A stretch of DNA of 64,000 nucleotides, taken from assembly GCA_965112155.1 (NCBI GenBank), contig OZ218102.1, one strand, 5' to 3'. Source of the stretch: Podarcis liolepis. Lineage: Eukaryota. The position numbers and the translations under genes were made by a program. The notes beneath the pieces are model-generated. The model was not told the origin of the DNA and made no database searches. It saw only the letters and a list, made by a program, of their open reading frames with translations. Below are positions 59,373-64,000 of the stretch, piece after piece. Each line of letters opens with the position of its first letter. The first letter of the stretch is position 1.

Positions 59373-60378
59373 CAGTGTTTCCCAACCGGTGTTCCGCGGC
59401 ACACTAGTGTGCCGTGGAACTTTGCCTTGTGTTCCGTGGAGGCGGGCGAGGCGGGCGAGTCGGGCGGTGAGAGGCGGGGCGGCGGTGGCGAGCACACGCG
59501 GGGCGGCAAGCGAGCGAGCTCCCACATCCCATCGCCGCTCGCTACTGGGCCTGCGCATCCGCTCGCTACTGGGCCTGCCCCAGGAGGTGGGGTTGCGGGC
59601 ATCACGCCCTTCCCCATGTGAGCGGGGAATCCCATCCGCCCCCACGTGAGCGGGGAATCCCATCTCAGCCCCCGCGAGAGCAGGGGAATCCCATCCGGCC
59701 ACGCCTCCTGGCCAGCCAATCGGCTGGCTGGAGGGGGCGTGGCTTGCCCTTTTTAGGGCCGGAGCGGAGGGGGCTCGCCCTCTCTTCTCCGGCTAGCCCC
59801 ATCGCCGCTCGCTACATCCTATCACCGCTCGCTACTGGGCCTGCGCATGCTCGGCGAGCACACGCGGGGTGGCGAGCGAGCGAGCTCCCACATCCGACGG
59901 CACCAAGCAGGGGCCCTTGGCCGTGCCGGTGCCCACCGTGCCCGCCTCCGCCCAGGAGGGCGGCAAGCAGCCACCGCCACCACCACCCCCGCCGCTGCCC
60001 GGCAACCGCGCCGCCGCCCCCGGCTCCCCGCGGCGGGTGATCGTGCAGGCTTCGACGGGCGAGCTGCGAGCTCGGCGGGCAGCGCCTCCGTCCGCAGCGC
60101 CCGCCTCGCGGCTCTCATTCCCTGCCCCTGCCAAAGCTCACTCAGCCAAGCCGCGCTCTCCTTCCTGCCTCGCTTTGCTGCCTCCTCCCCCCCCCCACCC
60201 CCAAAGCTTGGAGGTTCCCCGGCAAGGGGGAGGAAAAAAAATTGAAAACTTTCACTTTCGTGCGTCCCTCCCGGCGTGACGCTGCGCGCTGACGTCACGG
60301 GGCTGTAATGGTGGTGTGCCGCGAGATTTTTTTCATCAAACAAGTGTGCCTTTGCCCAAAAAAGGTTGGGAAACACTG
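59373..60378. mobile_element. Non-autonomous hAT element (1006 bp) with GC/CpG-rich interior
   Basis: 15-bp perfect TIR CAGTGTTTCCCAACC; 8-bp TSD GGTTAGGC (59365-59372, 60379-60386). Confidence 0.93.
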
Positions 60379-60400
60379 GGTTAGGCCATCAGTGTCTACT

Positions 60401-61017
60401 TGTGCTGGGCCTGGGGGTAACCCATGCAACGCGGTCCAGGACCAGTCCAGAATCCAAAGGTTCCACTAGGAGACAGTCCGACAGGGCCAAGGCAGGACAC
60501 AAGGCAGGAAACCAGGCAAAGACAGGTACAGGATCTCAGGAAGGATCTAGCATACAGCAATGTTGCTCCCACAACCTGGGGCGGGGCCCAACAGCCTTTT
60601 ATCTTTGTCGGGGTAGTGGCCGGTCCTGATCCCCCGGTGACTCACCACCCTGTTTTGCCCGAAGGCGAGCACTCCTCCTGCGAGTACTCAGGTCTCTCCT
60701 TCTCTCTGCAGCTTGGGAGACGTCGGTGGGTTACTAGACCCAGGGGCTGCCTCAGCCTCCCCGACCAAACCGGTAGTGGAGCATCTGTAAGCGATGGCCC
60801 AGCTGAAGGCAATGAGGTAATCCCCGCATCTGGAGCCAGGGCAGGCTCAGGCCCCTGACTCAGCTCAGCTGGTGTTTGTTGCAGGGGAACCTGTGCAGAC
60901 TGGGACTCTTCAGGATCAAGCCCCAGACTTGGTTCAGGTGATGCCTGAGGCAAAGGATCTGGTGCAGACTGAGTCTCCTCTGGTTCCGAGTCCGAGCCCA
61001 AGTCCCAGGCCATCACA
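60401..61017 (-). mobile_element. Solo LTR (617 bp) related to the full-length element
   Basis: Minus strand TGTGATGGCCTGGGA...TTACCCCCAGGCCCAGCACA; TSD CTACT (60396-60400, 61018-61022). Confidence 0.92.
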
Positions 61018-61048
61018 CTACTATTCATGATAGCTATGTACAATTGTC

Positions 61049-61180
61049 AATCATAGAATCAAAGAGTTGGAAGAGACCACACGGTTCATCTAGTCCAACC
61101 CTCTGCAATGCAGGAATCTTTTGCCCGACATAGAACTCAAACCCATGACCTTCAGATTAAGGGTCTCGTGCTCTACCGAG
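61049..61180 (-). mobile_element. SINE with tRNA-Lys(CTT)-derived head and CR1 3' tail
   Basis: TCGGTAGAGCACGAGACCCTTAATCTGAAGGTCATGGGTTTGAG resembles tRNA-Lys; followed by GGTTGGACTAGATG..TTCCAAC..GATTCTATGATT. Confidence 0.7.
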
Positions 61181-62114
61181 CAGGAGAGGACAATTACACT
61201 CTTCTTCTGCTTGTGGACTTCCTACTGGCATGTGGTTGGCCACTGTAAGAACAAAAAGCTGGTCTAGATGGGTCTTTGGTCTGATCCACAGGGCTGGTCT
61301 TATGATTTAAGAAGGTATTTTCCAATGTTATTCAAATATTAAAATTCTGTCATTGGTATAATTTATAATGTAAAGGATAGGTTTTTACTGAGACACACTA
61401 TCAAATGTTGAGCAATTCTGCTCTTCTATGTGAATATGTAAAAACTTGTTTCTCTTTCCATTAGCACTGGATTGAAGGGGATCTGCTGAATACAGTAGGT
61501 ATTATTTATGCTTTTATTTTAAACATGATTCATAAATTATTCATTTTTACTCATACCAAACATGCCCATTATAGCATGGATATTGTCTTACCAATTTACT
61601 GTAACTAAGTATGCATCTTGGCGCTTGAGAAAGAAAGGCTGGTTTTTGACCTAAGAGACAATAATGGAACTTTTTCAAGCTAGTGTTAATGCAGCTGCCA
61701 TGTCGTGAAAATCCATGTGAAATACTGAACATAAAGAAAAAATGTATGTTCAGTATAATGTGACAGTAGGTTCAAATGTTCTTTAAATAAACAAAGTCAC
61801 AGGCCCACATTACTCAGTAATGACCAGAAACATTCCAAATTTGAAATGGAAGGTTGTGCCAACCGGCAGATGTGAGTTGGGTACTTTTATACCTGAGGAT
61901 GGGAAGAGCTCAAACAGGTTTCAGGGTGAGCGACTAACCTCATCCTAAGCAGACCTCTGTTTTTATGTGGAATATGAAGCAGAAAGAAAAGTATTTCAGG
62001 GCAAATATATCTGGGGGCTTCACTAGCTAGCCTTTCCCCACTCCATAGAGGGCAAAAAAAATGAACCAAAAGGAAACAAAGTGTGCTTGTTTATTAATGC
62101 TAAGAGTTGCTGCA

Positions 62115-62116
<2 letters not shown>

Positions 62117-62165
<49 letters not shown>
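62117..62165. repeat. (AAT)n microsatellite
   Basis: Direct reading. Confidence 0.95.
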
Positions 62166-62166
<1 letters not shown>

Positions 62167-62987
62167 TATTTTCCTCACCTCAGTTTCAGAATTTTCTTCT
62201 ACTGGGCAAAGAGCATAGAAGAAGTGACTAGGAAAGAATCAGGCCCCTACTCCCATTCTGGTGCAAAAACAGGCCTTTTAACCACATGCCCATCATTGTT
62301 AACGCAATGTCTAAATTTTAAATGCCCCTTTAAAATGTATTGAAATGCAGAAACTGCTGGTGCTGGCCCTCCAAAAGTGTGGGGCGTAGGGTAGTCATTC
62401 TTATTGGCACCCCAAGGGACAGAAGGGTGCATAGGGACTACTAGGGACATAAGTGTGGCTAAATTTGATGAAGTGTTCAGTTTCTGCATATCTGGTTGGT
62501 AAAACACAATTAAGAGATTATTAAATCAAGTTTAATAATCACAGGGTATATTCTTCAGGCAAACAAAATCTTGGTGAAGTTAAGCAGCCCTGGGTTTGAT
62601 TGGTGCCTGGATGCATATATGTCAGAAAATAAAAGAAATGAAAACAAAAACGTTGGAGAACTTGCCTTGGGCCCATGGATATGGATGTAATACAGAGCTC
62701 GCCCTAACATTTTGCTGCCTGAGACAAATCAAGAAATGGTGGCCCCACAAGTAAAGGTGCATAATACCCAGGGCTGGCCAATTCCTTTTTGCAACTGAAG
62801 CAGAAAATCCCACAAGCACTTCTTCCTCAAATAAAAATGAAATGGAATAAAGAACCGTTTGCTGCCCTTTCCGTCTGACAATCAAAATCACCTGTGTGAA
62901 GCAGCTGGTTTACTCCGCCAAATGGTAGGGCCAGCTATCTCACAGGAAGAAAAAGAAATCTCAGGTGTAAACCCACCTGCCCCAGTT

Positions 62988-63172
62988 GGGAAAGATTGAG
63001 GGCACAAGGAGAAGGGGACGACAGAGGATGAGATGGTTGAACAGTGTTCTCGAAGCTACCAGCATGAGTTTGACCAAACTGCGGGAGGCAGTGGAAGACA
63101 GGAGTGTCTGGCATGCTCTGGTCCATGGGGTCACGAAGAATTGGACACGACTAAACAACAACAACAACAACA
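62988..63172 (+). mobile_element. Bov-B/RTE LINE 3' fragment
   Basis: Peptide GKIEGTRRRGRQRMRWL..LREAVEDR..WHALVHGVTK; (AAC)n tail. Confidence 0.88.
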
Positions 63173-64000
63173 GCAAGGTGCCACAAAGGAAGTCACTCCT
63201 CCTCAGCCTAATTTAGAGAAGTACCTTGTGCTGGGAGCATAGTAATCTTACGAATCTACCCTTGATACTGTTTCATGCCACCATATTATAGGTATGTGTG
63301 TGTTGAAAACTATTTTCTCATACCCCAGCTCAGCCATGTAATGTAATACCTTCTACATTAACATTCCATTATGCTGAACGACATCTTACAGTCTCGGCTC
63401 TGGCAGACTAAGGGAAAGATGGTCCACTGGAAACTCAAGCTAGCTAGTGGACTTTAGCAGCAGAACACTGGATCTCAGCCAGTTTCCTTGTCTCTCGTCA
63501 ATATTTCGTAATTTACTCTTCATATACGGTATCTATTTTATGGCGAGTCCTTGACAAACATTGCATATCATCACAACAGATTAGCATAAATAAATTGTAC
63601 CCTGAAAGCTACTGAAGACCTACTTGGAAGACCTTATTCACTGGCATGTAATGCTGACTATCTGAAGAATGACTTATTATATCCTTGTCAAATTTTAAGC
63701 ATCATGCTGTTAAAAATATTAGTCACACAGAGTGCTATTTAAATGCAACGGAGCAGCAAAACTCCCTTGTCTATACAAACGTGGATAACCTGATAACGTG
63801 ATACTTAATACTATGTATCAGTTGGCGTATGACAGCCAGTGGAAAACCCAGAGATATGTAAGTGCAGTAAAGGTTACCTCAGAGGCTGTCAATACCCTGC
63901 CAATAGATAGACTAGGCTTGTCATTTAAGCCAGCTGAGCTGTGCCTCGCCTCTCCCTCCCCCCAGTTTTGATGTTCCCCAAGGGGCAACACTTTGGAGAA

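Noticed and set aside
59318-60376. Many overlapping Pro/Ala/Arg-rich ORFs
   Set aside because: Expected from very high GC content; no transposase or other recognisable domain
61115-61180. Functional tRNA gene (also the SINE heads at 30736, 31200 and 49570)
   Set aside because: Degenerate, truncated and fused to SINE/LINE tails

Overview
Repeat-rich vertebrate genomic DNA. The SINE/LINE repertoire (Sauria SINE, CORE-SINE with (TTC)n tail, Bov-B, CR1, L2) points to a squamate reptile, probably a lacertid lizard (inference). No host gene is confidently identified; there are only isolated candidate exons and two N gaps. The dominant feature is an intact, very young Ty3/Gypsy chromovirus of the Tf1/sushi (PEG10-ancestral) type at 43379-49003. 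It has 622-bp LTRs differing at 2 positions and a CACTG target-site duplication (TSD). It also has gag, a GGGAAAC plus pseudoknot -1 frameshift, PR-RT-RH-IN-chromodomain pol, and a self-priming PBS in place of a tRNA PBS. The most unusual observation is that pol does not stop before the 3' LTR. It reads through the whole U3, adding a 117-aa acidic/Pro-rich then basic tail containing PRRSARLKAR, a near copy of the HMGN nucleosome acidic-patch-binding core. Three other solo LTRs (5592, 17280, 60401) and a partial LTR (21552) carry a similar U3 reading frame of about 110-120 codons. In all three solo LTRs it starts at LTR base 2. This suggests a family-wide, LTR-encoded chromatin-tethering or microprotein module. 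Many hAT and Tc1/Tigger MITEs are present, including a 1-kb hAT element with CpG-island/promoter-like cargo.
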